A stretch of 64,000 nucleotides of DNA from Penicillus capitatus. Lineage: Eukaryota; Plantae; Chlorophyta. The stretch covers positions 1,173,722-1,237,721 of the forward strand of contig OZ287703.1 of NCBI GenBank assembly GCA_965649825.1, given 5' to 3'. Positions 38,420 through 50,106 of the stretch are shown one piece after another. The stretch's first letter is position 1; each line of letters begins with the position of its first letter. The notes beneath the pieces are model-generated. The model saw only the letters and a list, made by a program, of their open reading frames with translations. It was not told the DNA's origin and did no database searches. A program made the translations under genes and the position numbers.

Positions 38420-40068
38420 TCAGGTGTTGCAGTGTGTTCTGCGGCTTGTGTCGACTCTGGAGCTGAATTCTCTTCCAATTCTGCGACCTCTGCGGTCTCT
38501 CGGTCTCCAGATTTCCGTTACAATATCATTCGTTCCATACTTGATGTCCGCTTCCAAGGCCTTTCTCATTTCTTCTTCAGATTCGAAATTCACGCACGCA
38601 TAACAGTTAGTCAGTCCAGTAAAGACCCTAAATAAAACCGAACACCGCTGCTACAGATTTATTGGAAAGTGTCTACTCTAGTTCTCATCGGAGAGCAGTG
38701 TACCTGACAGCGTTTTCCTTCTTAAGCTTGCCATAGGCCGAGAAGAGTAAACTCACGGTTGCTGGGGTAATTCCAATGGGAAGCCTGAAACAGAGAGCAT
38801 GGATGATACATTGCTAGAATGCACAGCGTTCTGCTTTGGCATAGAGAGATCTACCTTGCAGCAAACAGGCTTGTAAGTTCAGGCATTCGGGCGTGGCTAC
38901 TTGGTGTTTGTGTTGCAGAATCTCCAAGGCGGCGATGCTCATCGTTCCCATTCGGATCAACCTGACCGAGTGGAGTCAAGGCTGAAGGCGCGGACATCGC
39001 AGTCCTCGTGCTTCCACTCGTCATGTTGACATCTCTCGAAAGCGAGTGCATCGCCAGATGCAGTCCTTCTTGTGAACTGGTCCGGCAGTGGATTCTGAAT
39101 GGAATGGATTTGGGTTTGGATGGTCCTTCCTCACTCGTCACTGTGTTGTGTGATTTCACTGGCGTCAGCACTTCTTTCTTCTCATTGTCAGTATCCATTG
39201 CATTGGAGGCCTTGGCAACAATCTTAGAAGGTGGCTGGTCCATTCCGCCATGAGAGCTGAGCTCCGCGTGGCACTCGAAGCAACTATCGTTAGGTTGATG
39301 GCGTCCGAGGTATCCTTTTTTCGTCGACTCTGTTGGAGTTTCGTTTGGTGCTTTCTGTGACGATTTCTCTGGAACAGAAGCAGGTAACAGGTGAAACTAC
39401 AGCACATGAAACACAATGTCCCCTCAGAGCACGTCCTCTCCGACGAACAGCATGTGTCTCACTGCAAGCGACCGTTCGTACGACATCACATGCATAGTGT
39501 CTGTCTTTATGTAGTACCCTTTGTTCTGCTTTCTCAGCAACAGGGTTTGGGTGAAAAAGCGTTCCTCATTGCAGCTCTACATCACCATCGAAGAAGTATA
39601 TCACTGATTCAGAGATGCATCAGGGAGGAGGATACTTTTCTCTTTATTCTTCCGGAGATGAGCAGGAGGATACTTTCATTCAATGAAATTTGTGGTATAC
39701 AGGACAGGAGGTTAACGGTGACGTCGTTGTACATCCAACAGAGCAACGCCTGTACCGTCTACAGAGGCAACACAGCATTCAAAGCGTCTGCCGACCAAGA
39801 ATGGGGCTGGTGTCAATTTTTGGCACCTCTCGCGTTGTGGCCTGCATTGAAAGCGGCTTGTCATCGTCGCGCGATTCCGAAATAACGACAGTCGAATCTT
39901 GCTCGTAGAACAGATAGAGGTATGCCGAGTAGGAATTCATAACCTTGTAGTAAAGGCGAACGAACTCCCTTCCGACCTGATTTCCGAAACGGAACTCCGA
40001 TGGACATAACACACCGATGTTGTCCTTACCAATGGGGCTCTTTCCAATGGCTGCTTGTTTGTCGTCAT
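38420..40068 (-). CDS. G3BP-like NTF2 + RRM protein
   Basis: MTTNKQPLERAPL|VGREFVRLYYKVM (intron 39977-40029), RFFTQTLLL...GYYIKTD, low-complexity linker, RRM with SLFAARL and NCYACVNF, Arg-rich tail. TGA 38420. Confidence 0.8.
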
Positions 40069-40323
40069 TCTGTTGCCGGCAGACAGTCTTTTTCGAATGC
40101 TTTAATGCGAGAAACCACCGAGAGGAAGAAGTATACACCACACGGAATGTCTCGCCCCGGTGTTTTCGGTCTTTAATACGGCTCAGCACCCAATAGCAGG
40201 CGAAGGACGGTTAAAACGAAAGATTATTATGCGCTTAATCTACATCGCGCCGCAAACAATCAGCTACAAAACGGGCATGGCCTCCTAACCGACCACGATG
40301 AACGACTGGACACGCGAACGTTA

Positions 40324-41109
40324 TTAGGGCACACATGATGGGGAGGCTGCCGCACAAGAGCTGCTGGCACGATAAACAAAATCCGCCTCGTTCACTGTCA
40401 CACAGCACAAGTGGCTTGAAAGAGCCAACCGTAGCAGTAGGTGAGTACTTGGCAAACCCTTTGACGGCATACTGCTTCTTTCTGCTGCTTTTCGGACAAG
40501 GAGATCATCTGACTGAATGTAGAATCCAGATTCATTGCACGCGAGGGTCACTGTTTGCTGAAACGATCGATCCGCTGCACGATCCTGCAACACCACTCAC
40601 TCATCTATCAAAAGAAGAAAGAGGGTTGTGTGCACCACGGCGAACATGGTGCCAGTGATATCGAGTTCAATGGAACCGTTAGGCAGCCTCGTGGAATGAC
40701 ACCCAGACGGCCGCATGGAAACATTGAAGTACGCTTCAAACAACAGATCCTTGATGCCCTAGGAACACCCATCTCATCCGAGGCAAACAAGACAGAGTCA
40801 ATGTCGATCCATCGACGGATTCGGGGACATGTCTGACTGCAGAGTGTCGCATCGAGAGTCTACTGCCAAGGCACTGCATGTATCACTTACGTTCAGAGAA
40901 TCGGCTCTGCGGACATGGACGGCGTTATCTTCCGTGACCTCGCTGACGGAAATGGCGGAATCTTCGTCGTAGAACTTGTATAAGAAACTCGTGTAGTTGT
41001 TTAGCATCTTATAGTACAGACGCAAAAAGGCGCGCGTAATCTGTAACACAGCATGTCGGACGGAGAGACGAGACGAGATGTGACGCACTCGTTTCATCTC
41101 GGTGTCCAT
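40324..41109 (-). CDS. NTF2-only G3BP-like paralog
   Basis: MDTEMKR|ITRAFLRLYYKML...FYDEDS and RSFQQTVTLA...GFYIQSDDL, ending in tandem TAA TAA near 40324. An alternative ATG lies at 41130. Confidence 0.75.
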
Positions 41110-41320
41110 AAGAAATTCTCTACCATCCACAAGAAAAGCTCACGCTTCGCGCTCGTTTGAAGAAGCAGAAGGCACTAGAGAAGACGGAAATGGTGTCGCG
41201 AATGACACGGAACAGAACCGCGTTTCTGCGAAACAGCCTTGTTTGAATGCTGTCATTTCATCCATTAAACACCGAATAACATACACACGATTGCAAAACG
41301 CCTTCTCTGTCGACAGTGTT

Positions 41321-41996
41321 ATGAAGTTGACAGCTCTGAGCCTTCTGCGCTGGAATCCAGATGCAGAGCCGACTGTTTTGGGACAGGCTTTCGATGTTGC
41401 GAACTTTGGATTCTTTCAGCGGTCCTCCGTTCGAGAAATGATCATCTTCGTTTGTCGCACCATTGTTCGGAGAACACAGCCAGGACAGAGACAAACAGTG
41501 CAACATGAGAATTACTTCTGTCATGTTCACATCAAAGAGAATCAGATAGCAGCCATTGCAGTGGCTGATGAAGAGTATCCTTCCAGAGCTGCATTTTCTG
41601 TTCTGTCTGGAATTCTTGATGACTATGATACCCGGGTGAGAACTATCGGTGCCGCTCTCTTCTCTGGCATCCACTTCGAATCTGTGCCTTCAGACTCGAG
41701 GCGGTGGAAGTGGGTCCATGGGTAGCAGTTCAGAAGGAACTGAGGATAGTGGATTGAATGCAATGTTGGAAGCGGCCTTGGCCCAGTACCAAGATCCCCT
41801 GAATGCCGACAAGATTGGCAGAATACAGAAAGAATTGGATGAGACAAAGATCGTTCTGCACAAAACCATCGAGAGCGTGTTGGAAAGGGGAGAGAAGTTG
41901 GATACCCTTGTTGAAAAGAGCAATGACCTCAGTCTAGCAAGCCAGATGTTCTACAAGAGTGCGAGGAAGACGAATTCGTGTTGCAAAATGATGTAG
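41321..41996 (+). CDS. YKT6: R-SNARE Ykt6 (longin + SNARE, prenylation motif)
   Basis: [27 protein letters not shown]...[28 protein letters not shown]-terminal CCKMM. One intron. Confidence 0.96.
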
Positions 41997-42059
41997 ATTG
42001 GATACATCTGTGTGTATGTCATTTAACGCCCCGAAGAATCTGGCTGGCCCTAGGCTGCA

Positions 42060-44026
42060 ATGTCGCTTGGTTACGCCAGTCGTTTGTCCTATCGCGAAGA
42101 CCTTGGCGGTCAACTAGGTGCTCCAGAACACAGAGAAACACCACAACAGCTGAAAAGGAAGATCGACGTCCTGACGGAGCTGGTAGAGAAACGCTCGTTG
42201 CCTGTCTCTGGCATAAGAGCGCGCCGTGTTTCGAATCCAGATTCGTGAGAGTGGGAAAACGATTGTGTTCACTGGAGCTGGGATTTCAACTTCGTGCGGG
42301 ATACCAGATTTTAGGTAGTAACTGCCCATTCCACCAGAATCGGTCTCGCATCGCGAAACGCCGAAATGGATTAGGCCTATACATTCGCAACCGCCAATCT
42401 CTTAGCGATCTAACTCTTTTGCCCTAAATGCATCATGTTCTGTCGGTCAGCTATGCATGAGAGATTGTCATTGAAGGAGGGTGTGGTCAGATCTACGCCA
42501 TTTGATCTCTCTCTGGATGGACAGCGATCGAAGGGCGAACGGTGGTGTTTGCTTTATAGGGGACCAAAAGGCATATGGACATTGCAAAGGGCTGGAAAAG
42601 AACTGCCACAATTGAAAACCAGTTTTTCCTTTGCGGTTCCAACTCTAACACACCAGGTCGATGCTGATTCGCATGTATGGTTGCTAATACGCATTCTGTG
42701 GCGTCAGGCACTGAGATGTCTTGTTGAGAGGAATATGGTTGATTTCGTCGTCAGTCAGAATGTCGATGGATTGCATCTTCGTTCGGGGTTGCCTCCAGAA
42801 AAACTGGCGGAGCTGCACGGCAACTGTTTCTCGGAAAAGTGTTCTGTCTGTCAAGCAACCTATGTGCGAGATTTTGAGATGGAAACCGTGAGCAAGCAAT
42901 CACCTTGGTTCCATGCAGTGATCTACAACTGTCGTCTAGGTGGGGTTTTGCTTGACGGGTCGACGGTGCGTTGCAGATGGATGCATTGGACGATTGAAAG
43001 ACAATATTCTGGATTGGGATGACGCCTTACCCGAAGATAAATTGCAGCTATCGGAAGAAATTGCAGCTTCAGCTGTAATGCTTAATCAATAGCATCATTG
43101 AATCATTCACTCTTGACATTGCAAAGGACTTGGCGCTGTGCCTGGGGACAAGTCTACAGATAAGGCCAGCATGCAATGTCCCACTGGAAACCGTGCAATC
43201 AGGTATCATCTTTGCATAACGACTGTATGGATAGAGTGTTGATGCATGCTCTAGGCGGCAAGCTGGTCATCGTTAATTTGCAGAAGACGCCAAAGGACAA
43301 GAAAGCCTTCCTCGTGATTCGGCATGAGGTGGACAAAGTAGGGCCATCTTGAACAAGGCCGGTATTCTTTGTGGGACACATCTGCAGGTCATCGCTGGCG
43401 TCATGAAGAACCTGCAGCTAAAGGTGAGTAATGTGATCTCCCTCTGTTTTGGACAACTTACTTCCTCGTCTAGATTCCGAGATACCTCAGAATAGATAAA
43501 TTGATTATTCTCCATCGGCAAGGAGCTCCAACGCGTTCACTAAAATGGAGTTCGATTGCTATCGAGATTATTAGTCAACATGGCTTCTGTTGTCCCATCC
43601 CAGCCATCTCTTCAGTTCAAATGAAGCTTCGAACATCTGCGGGAGAGATCGAAGAGACAGAACTTGAACAGTGGCCCTTTACGTTCACATCCAAGTACGC
43701 CTCGACGCATGGAGCGCTGACGGACTGCTCTGTACAGGTGTCAGGTTGGAACTGTAATGGATGTTGTTTGTTGCATTCGTTTAGCTGATGAGCTTGACAG
43801 AAAGTCGGTCGAAGTGAAGTATTCGGTCGAGGTTTTGAAGAAGACAGATTATGAATCCTTTCTCCAGACAGAAAGACTGTTGACACATCCAGCCTTTCAG
43901 GTGTTGCACTTCATCACCTTGCATTCTCTGGGAATCTCTGCATGGCAGACAAAGTCGAGGAGTCGGTTGCCTGTTATGAAACATAAGGAATGTTCTTTTG
44001 TGACCCAAGAGGTCGGATTTGAGTAG
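42060..44026 (+). CDS. SRT1: Class IV sirtuin (SIRT6/SRT1-like)
   Basis: MSLGYASRLS, VFTGAGISTSCGIPDFR|GPKGIWT, SQNVDGLH, AELHGN, LGTSLQI, VIVNLQKTP. Confidence 0.92.
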
Positions 44027-44057
44027 AGGAGACACAGATGAATAACGCATACAGGCA

Positions 44058-45148
44058 TTACAACGATGGATGCCGTTTTCTGTACGCTTCGTTTTTCATG
44101 GCCCAGTCTTTCATGTGGCCTATGATGGACGCAGTCAGCTGCTCTGATGTGAAATTCTTTCCATAAAACGTCAGAAATTCTGCTTCTGGATCCAATAGAT
44201 ACTACACCAATTGCATACTGTCACCAACGGACTCAAAAGAGACAAAACATTGCATACTGTGATGATCGAATGGTCAATAAGATAATCATTTCCATACTCG
44301 TTCGCTTTCGAGTGATAAACACGGAATGTTCTTGCAGCCTTGTTGATATCTGCACGACTGCCTGTCAGTCCAATCATCTCCTTATCGAATTCCTGCACAT
44401 AGCTAAGAGCATTCCACTGTAAGTGAACAGAAGCGTAAAAACGCATGAGGATGACCTCTTGACAAGTTTGGGATGATCTCTTTCGGGATCAAGGGTAATA
44501 AAAACAGACTGAATCCGAACCCCTGTCTGTTTTTCTGCAAGCCAATCGACAAGACAAGCAACACAAGAAGCGTTGTCTTACGGATCAATCCAATGGCTTC
44601 TGAGATTTTATCGAGTTCGTCTGGACAGATGTCGGGACATTGCGTGAATCCAAAGTACAGTATCGAGAATTCCTTCTTTAGCTGATCGCTGGAAAACGGT
44701 TTCCCGTCTTGGTCGATCAGAGAAAAGGGACCTCCCACTGCTGCCGCACCAACAGACTTTGTCTGTGCATCTATCATGTCTGCAATCAGGTTTTGTTGGC
44801 AAGTGCGAGATCCAAGATGCTGTCAGTGCCTTGACGCTTCTTCTCCTTCAGTTTCTCGTAGGTATAGAGGCAGCCAATGCCAGTGGCCAATGCCAAACCC
44901 AAACTGAGAAAAGAAAGCGGCTGTGCAACAGACAGAACCTCATTCGAATCCATCAAAGCAGAACATCTCACCCCTCTGAATGCTCTCGTCGTCGAGAATG
45001 ATCTGTGAAGGGCGACGGGCGATATCCATTTCATCTGCAGCGGTAGATGAAGGGCTCTCTCTGACAAGGCGTTCCCCAAAGATGGAGAGTAAACGCCTCC
45101 ACTGCGAACAAGGAAACTGAATCTGTTGAGTACAGCCCTGGCAGACAT
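44058..45148 (-). CDS. SCO1: Mitochondrial copper chaperone Sco1
   Basis: Presequence, TM, GGPFSLID, YFGFTQCPDICPDEL (CxxxC), YLIDHSI. Confidence 0.94.
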
Positions 45149-45196
45149 GCTGTCAAATGTACGACGATGCGACTTGTTGAGAGATAGATAAAGAGC

Positions 45197-46317
45197 ATGT
45201 TGCTCATCTCAGGGCTTAGACGTTACCAATACGTGTTCGCCTTTCGAAAGCAGCGCGCCCGCCCGATATCTTCGATGATTGACGCCGACGACTTTGACGA
45301 TCTGATCTCTAAGATCCACGAAGAGGATGGGAAACGAGAACGTCTGATAAAGAAGAGCAGAGGTGATTTGTTCCGTACAAGTATCGGATATAGATCATTC
45401 CACACTTGTCGTTCATAGACATCCAGCGATGGTCCAAGCAAGCCATCTTCTCCTTGCACCGACAAGACTTCACCGAAGCGTCGACCAGACTCGGATCTGC
45501 AGGCGGCCGTCGGATGAGATCTCGATTACTTGTGAGACGTTGTTGTTCTTGTTTTTCAGTTCAATCAGTGGAGGAGGTGCGTGACATCGTCGAGGCGAAT
45601 CCTCTTCTGGGAATCGGATCCTTTTCCAGTGCTCTGGAAGAGGTGAGCATCCCAGTCCATCTGCATTTGATCTTAACAATGGACTCCATCCATCCAGTAT
45701 TCTGAGGCGAGACTCTTCGAACACTACTTGAATCATAAGCGTTTGCTCCCAAAGAAGGATCTGCCTTTTGTCAAGACAGAAGAGTCAGCTTGATGATCTT
45801 TGTCGAGCATCTGACGCTGATGAAGGACTTTTAGGTATCTGGGCGGAGTTCTGGACTTCACGGGAGAGCTTCTGAGATATGCCATTCAGCAAGCGACAGC
45901 CAGGAATGAAGGGGCTGTGAAGCAGGCGCGGGATTTGGTGCAGGAACTGATGGGTTATTTTTTACAGGTAACAAAGGAAGTCAGATGTGCTTTGCCGTGC
46001 CAGTGCAAATGGCTGTTCTAGTTTGATTTGCGCAACACTCCCCTTAGGAAAAAGTTCGATGCTTTGAAGTATACTCTGAAGAAACTCGAGGTACACTCAC
46101 TCACGCACTTACGTCAATGTCATCTGCTCGTGGCTGAGTGTCTGCGCCTGTACAGAACACTTTGTATGAAATGTCATTATCCAAAGGACGTATCTTCCCA
46201 GATCCCACATTGAAGGTACAGACAGATCTCCAAGATTTGGTCGTCCTATTAATAACGCCATTATGTGGACATGATTTGCAGGAAACAGAAGAACGGGAAG
46301 ACGAAGAATCTTTCTAA
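45197..46317 (+). CDS. Translin/Trax-family protein
   Basis: KRERLIKKSR|DIQRWSKQAIFSLHR, ALEE|YSEA, YLGGVLDFTGELLRYAI, LRKKFDALKYTLKKLE. ATGs at 45197 and 45275. Confidence 0.88.
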
Positions 46318-46517
46318 ATCAGAAGAAGAAGAGACAGGACAACGAAATCCAAATTCACTGAACTCTTCTCAGCAAAGGAACTGTTCGGGAACATTCATTG
46401 TTAAGAAATACGTGCCCCCATTCAGCCTGCCAGGGACAAAGGTTTCGTCAGGGATCTGCTATTGCTGTCAGAGAAGAATCGAAAGTGGACACAGAGAGAG
46501 AGAGACCTCAGAGATTG

Positions 46518-48119
46518 CTAAGCAGTATGAGATCCTTCTGAATCAACGCCATCAAAAATGAGTCTGAGAATCGTCGTTATCCTCAGACTACGAGAAGGAC
46601 TCAAGTATTTTTCCAGATCAGAATCGTGCAAAAAGCGGGAATATCCCTTGTTGTTGTGTGGCACTTCCAGTCTTCCATCTAGTTCAATAAGTTCCAACAT
46701 CCGAGTCCCGGCGATGAACTCCACGTGAACATTGACATTGGAACGCGGATCGCAGAATTGCCAAGATTCTTCGTTTGAGATGATGGTTCGCTGCAGGAAC
46801 ATACCAACAAAGTGATCTTGGTTGGCTTCATCAAAGCGCAAGGTTAAGACAATGCGGAACAATGAGCCACAAAAATAGAATTGCTCAGAAGTGAAATCTC
46901 GATTGGAGCGAAACTGTTCGATATCTTCAATCTCAGTGCTGTAGCGGAAACAGGGACACAGATTGTCGTCGGAGGCACTCATGATCCTTGCTGAATCCAT
47001 ATCCGCTTTTGCATCGATGGATCGATGGCATCGAACGTCTCCAAGCTTCGTTGCTTCAGATATAATCATGCTCTCCAAGATGGATTTCGTCCACAGACTC
47101 TTTTCAATACACTGAACCACTTTTCTGAGCCCCAGACGTTGTGCTTGATTTCGTGCCTTTATCAGGTCAAGAAAAGAGAAACATGCATAAAAGATCTTAT
47201 CGTCGCACAAAACGGATTCCAGGAACTCGCAGTCTGCTGCAGGAAGGCAGTTCTTGCAACTGTTCGTCTCGCAACCAGCGTGGATCGGTGTTGAATTGAC
47301 ACGGTTGAAATCCGACAGGCGTCCATTATCTTGCCGAACGGGATTCTCTGTTGAAGCACTGCGTCCAATTTCGTATGGACAGGATGTTGTTGCCTCGCGA
47401 TGTGACAACCCAAGGAGCCTAAAAGAAGGTGTTCTTCTGGCCTCTGGTTTCGCCACTTGATCGATGGATTCGGCTTCCTTAAGGGCCATCTTGCGCATGG
47501 AACGATATACTTCCATGATCAACTGAAATCTTTCAGATTCGCTTGGCACCCACAGTGCATTGGAGGAAAAGAGTGATCGAAGTTGATCACAAGGAAGCCT
47601 GTGCAAAGAGGATCGCAGTTCGTTGTAAGCGGTCCGGCATAGATATCTCTCCAGCAGATCGGTCACCAGCATGCTATACTCTTTTCCTTCCCATGTCTCA
47701 TTAAACGCATGCAGCTTCAGAAAGAGGGTAGGTGTGAGAAGGTTAGGAAGAAATGAGATGCACATGTCACATAGCATGTCGAGCTCCAGTACAAAAGCTG
47801 TTGCTAACACAGCAATGACATTGTCTTCGTCGAGAACAGGCTCCAACCCATAAAGCGTCGACAGACAGATATTGAGAGCGTCGACAGACATGTTCGAATC
47901 GTGCTTTGGCAGCTGCAGGGTGGACTTGGCGTGTGACGTTTTCTCGAGGAGTCTCTTGAGGAAAGGACTCTGGCACAACAATAGTCGGTGTAACCGAAAA
48001 TCATGGTCAGAGAACTCAAGCTTGATATCCGAGAAACAGTGATCCTTCCACAATGACTCCGTTAGGAACGAAAGTGTAGCCGTCGCCATGTTTTCTCGAA
48101 CATACGCGGGTTGGGGCAT
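46518..48119 (-). CDS. BTB/BACK protein with a C-terminal MATH-like domain, intronless
   Basis: FSDIKL...FRLHRLLLCQSPFL; ALNICLSTLYG; NVIAVLATAFVLEL; FRYSTEI...FYFCGSLF...VGMFLQR. Confidence 0.85.
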   Translation of the reverse strand: MPQPAYVRENMATATLSFLTESLWKDHCFSDIKLEFSDHDFRLHRLLLCQSPFLKRLLEKTSHAKSTLQLPKHDSNMSVDALNICLSTLYGLEPVLDEDNVIAVLATAFVLELDMLCDMCISFLPNLLTPTLFLKLHAFNETWEGKEYSMLVTDLLERYLCRTAYNELRSSLHRLPCDQLRSLFSSNALWVPSESERFQLIMEVYRSMRKMALKEAESIDQVAKPEARRTPSFRLLGLSHREATTSCPYEIGRSASTENPVRQDNGRLSDFNRVNSTPIHAGCETNSCKNCLPAADCEFLESVLCDDKIFYACFSFLDLIKARNQAQRLGLRKVVQCIEKSLWTKSILESMIISEATKLGDVRCHRSIDAKADMDSARIMSASDDNLCPCFRYSTEIEDIEQFRSNRDFTSEQFYFCGSLFRIVLTLRFDEANQDHFVGMFLQRTIISNEESWQFCDPRSNVNVHVEFIAGTRMLELIELDGRLEVPHNNKGYSRFLHDSDLEKYLSPSRSLRITTILRLIFDGVDSEGSHTA

Positions 48120-48196
48120 TTTAATACGGAAGCCGCGCGCGAATCGGATAATGAACGCAGACGTTACTAGATTCTGTGCGTCAAACAAACAGACAA

Positions 48197-49473
48197 TCAG
48201 TCATCGTCGTCATCGTCGTCATCATCCTTCTTCTTTCTCTCGTGTTCGACTTCTTCTAAGTATTTCTCCACTTGCATAGCCGCCATGCACCCTGAAGGAA
48301 TGGAAGGCGAATTAGAATAGATGAGTGGTTGGTGGGGACACAGAGGATTGGAGTATTACCCAGTCCAGCCGCCGTAATGGCTTGTCTGTATCTCTTATCT
48401 TGCACATCGCCTGCTGCGAAGATACCCTTCACATTTGTTTCCAAAGTTACTTGATCTGTCTTGATGTAGCCTTCCTCGTCCACTTCTATGAATTCTTTGA
48501 AGTATTCTGATGCTGGATCGTGGCCAATGGCAAAGAAGAGTCCGGCCACCTCGATCTCGCTTTCTTCGTCGTTCTTGGTAGATTTCAGTTTTAGAGAACT
48601 GAGATATCCTGCGACAAAGACGTTCTGGTCACTGATGCATAGCAACGGACAACGTCAGAAACCTGCATCGTTGCCGTGTGCTGCCGCAATGACTGTAGAC
48701 CACAGGAACTTGATTTTTTTGTTCTCCATTGCCTTTGTTTGCAGCAAACGATTTGCTCGGAGTTCATCTCGGCGATGAATGACGTAGACAATGGATCCGA
48801 ACTTTGTCAAGAACATTGCCTCCTCCATGGCACTGTCTCCACCTCCAACGACTGCCAGTGGTTTGTCTCTGAAGATGGGCAGAGGACCATCGCATACAGC
48901 ACAGGCTGAAATGCCTTTGTTCCAATAACCGTTCTCTTCATCAGATCCTGGAAATGTCAGCTTTCTAGCCTTGGCGCCTGTGGCGATGATGACAGAGTCT
49001 GCGTCGACTCTTCTATAGTTCGTAAAGCACAAGTAAGGCTTTTCACTGAATTCGACATAATTGACGGTCTCCGATAGGATTCTGGTTCCAAACTTTTCTG
49101 ACTGCTTCCTGAGAAGGTCTGTCAATTCGACACCGCCGACACCATCCGGGAATCCTGGAAAGTTTTCGACCAGATGTGTCGTGGTTAGCTGTCCACCAAT
49201 GTTGAGGCCTTCTGTGCCGTCTCCTTCAAAGAGGACGGGATTGAGTTCAGCACGTGCACAGTAGATGGCAGCTGTGTGGGCGGCCGGTCCAGAACCGAGA
49301 ATGGCGACCTTTGCTTTGAAACATCTTTCAGCCGACGTTGACATTTTGTCGAGGGCACGGAGAACCGTGCGGAGTCTTCTGGAGACGATCTTGTAGAAGT
49401 AACGGAACTCGGTGCGAAAGGGTGCTGAAACGACTGGCAAATCGTGCTGACACACTTGTCTTAATGCACGCAT
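48197..49473 (-). CDS. NTR: NADPH-dependent thioredoxin reductase
   Basis: ILGSGPAAHTAAIY, GGQLTTT, ACAVCDG (CxxC), VVGGGDSAMEEA, FAAGDVQD, GCMAAMQ. Second ATG at 49344. Confidence 0.96.
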
Positions 49474-50106
49474 CCTTGCTGTCTTCGTTTGCTGTACCTG
49501 CTTTGGCGGCTGCGTGGACAATCTATCATTGGCATCGATGGAAGAGAGGGAAAGGAGAACAGCCAAAGGCCTCATGCACTGAGAGGGCACAGAAAAAGAA
49601 GGTGCGTGGACAACAGTGATGCTACAATGGGGATGCACGCGTCCATGTTGGTGATCTCAGGCGCGATCCTTAAAACGGGACAATGCGAATCGAAGTTTAC
49701 CTCGGTGAGTTATCGATCTCCGCGGTTCACTGTGTACCTAACCAAGTGCTTGCTTAATGCAGAAATAAGATGGGTCGCAATCAACGATCAAAAAAGAAGC
49801 TCCTTGATAGGAAGCCATCGAATTCGCAGCAAGAGTCCTCGAAGAAGAAAAAGAAGGGGTAAGCAAAAGCCTTGGGCAGACACGCGTGTATGCATGCTCA
49901 ACATGTGTGTTCTTTCAGAAAAGAGGCGCAATCGGATGGGGATCGCATGAGACAAGGGGCTTCACAAGAAGATATGACGTTATACTTTCGTCATTCGTAC
50001 CTCGACTCTCGACCTCGTGTCTAACGACGGTGCCATCACATTTGAGCCATGCTTCGATTCATGCACTGTCCAATGGAGAATGATGACTATTTTTTGTAAC
50101 AAAGAA

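Noticed and set aside
38420-41130. Single protein with two NTF2 domains
   Set aside because: Tandem stops near 40324, an AT-richer spacer and a separate ATG exon (40068-40030) with a homologous intron indicate two genes.
49489-50083. ORFs 49489-49950 and 49886-50083, and the extended starts at 49638 and 50017
   Set aside because: No recognisable motifs; they lie in the divergent NTR/CRTISO-like promoter region and depend on non-ATG starts.
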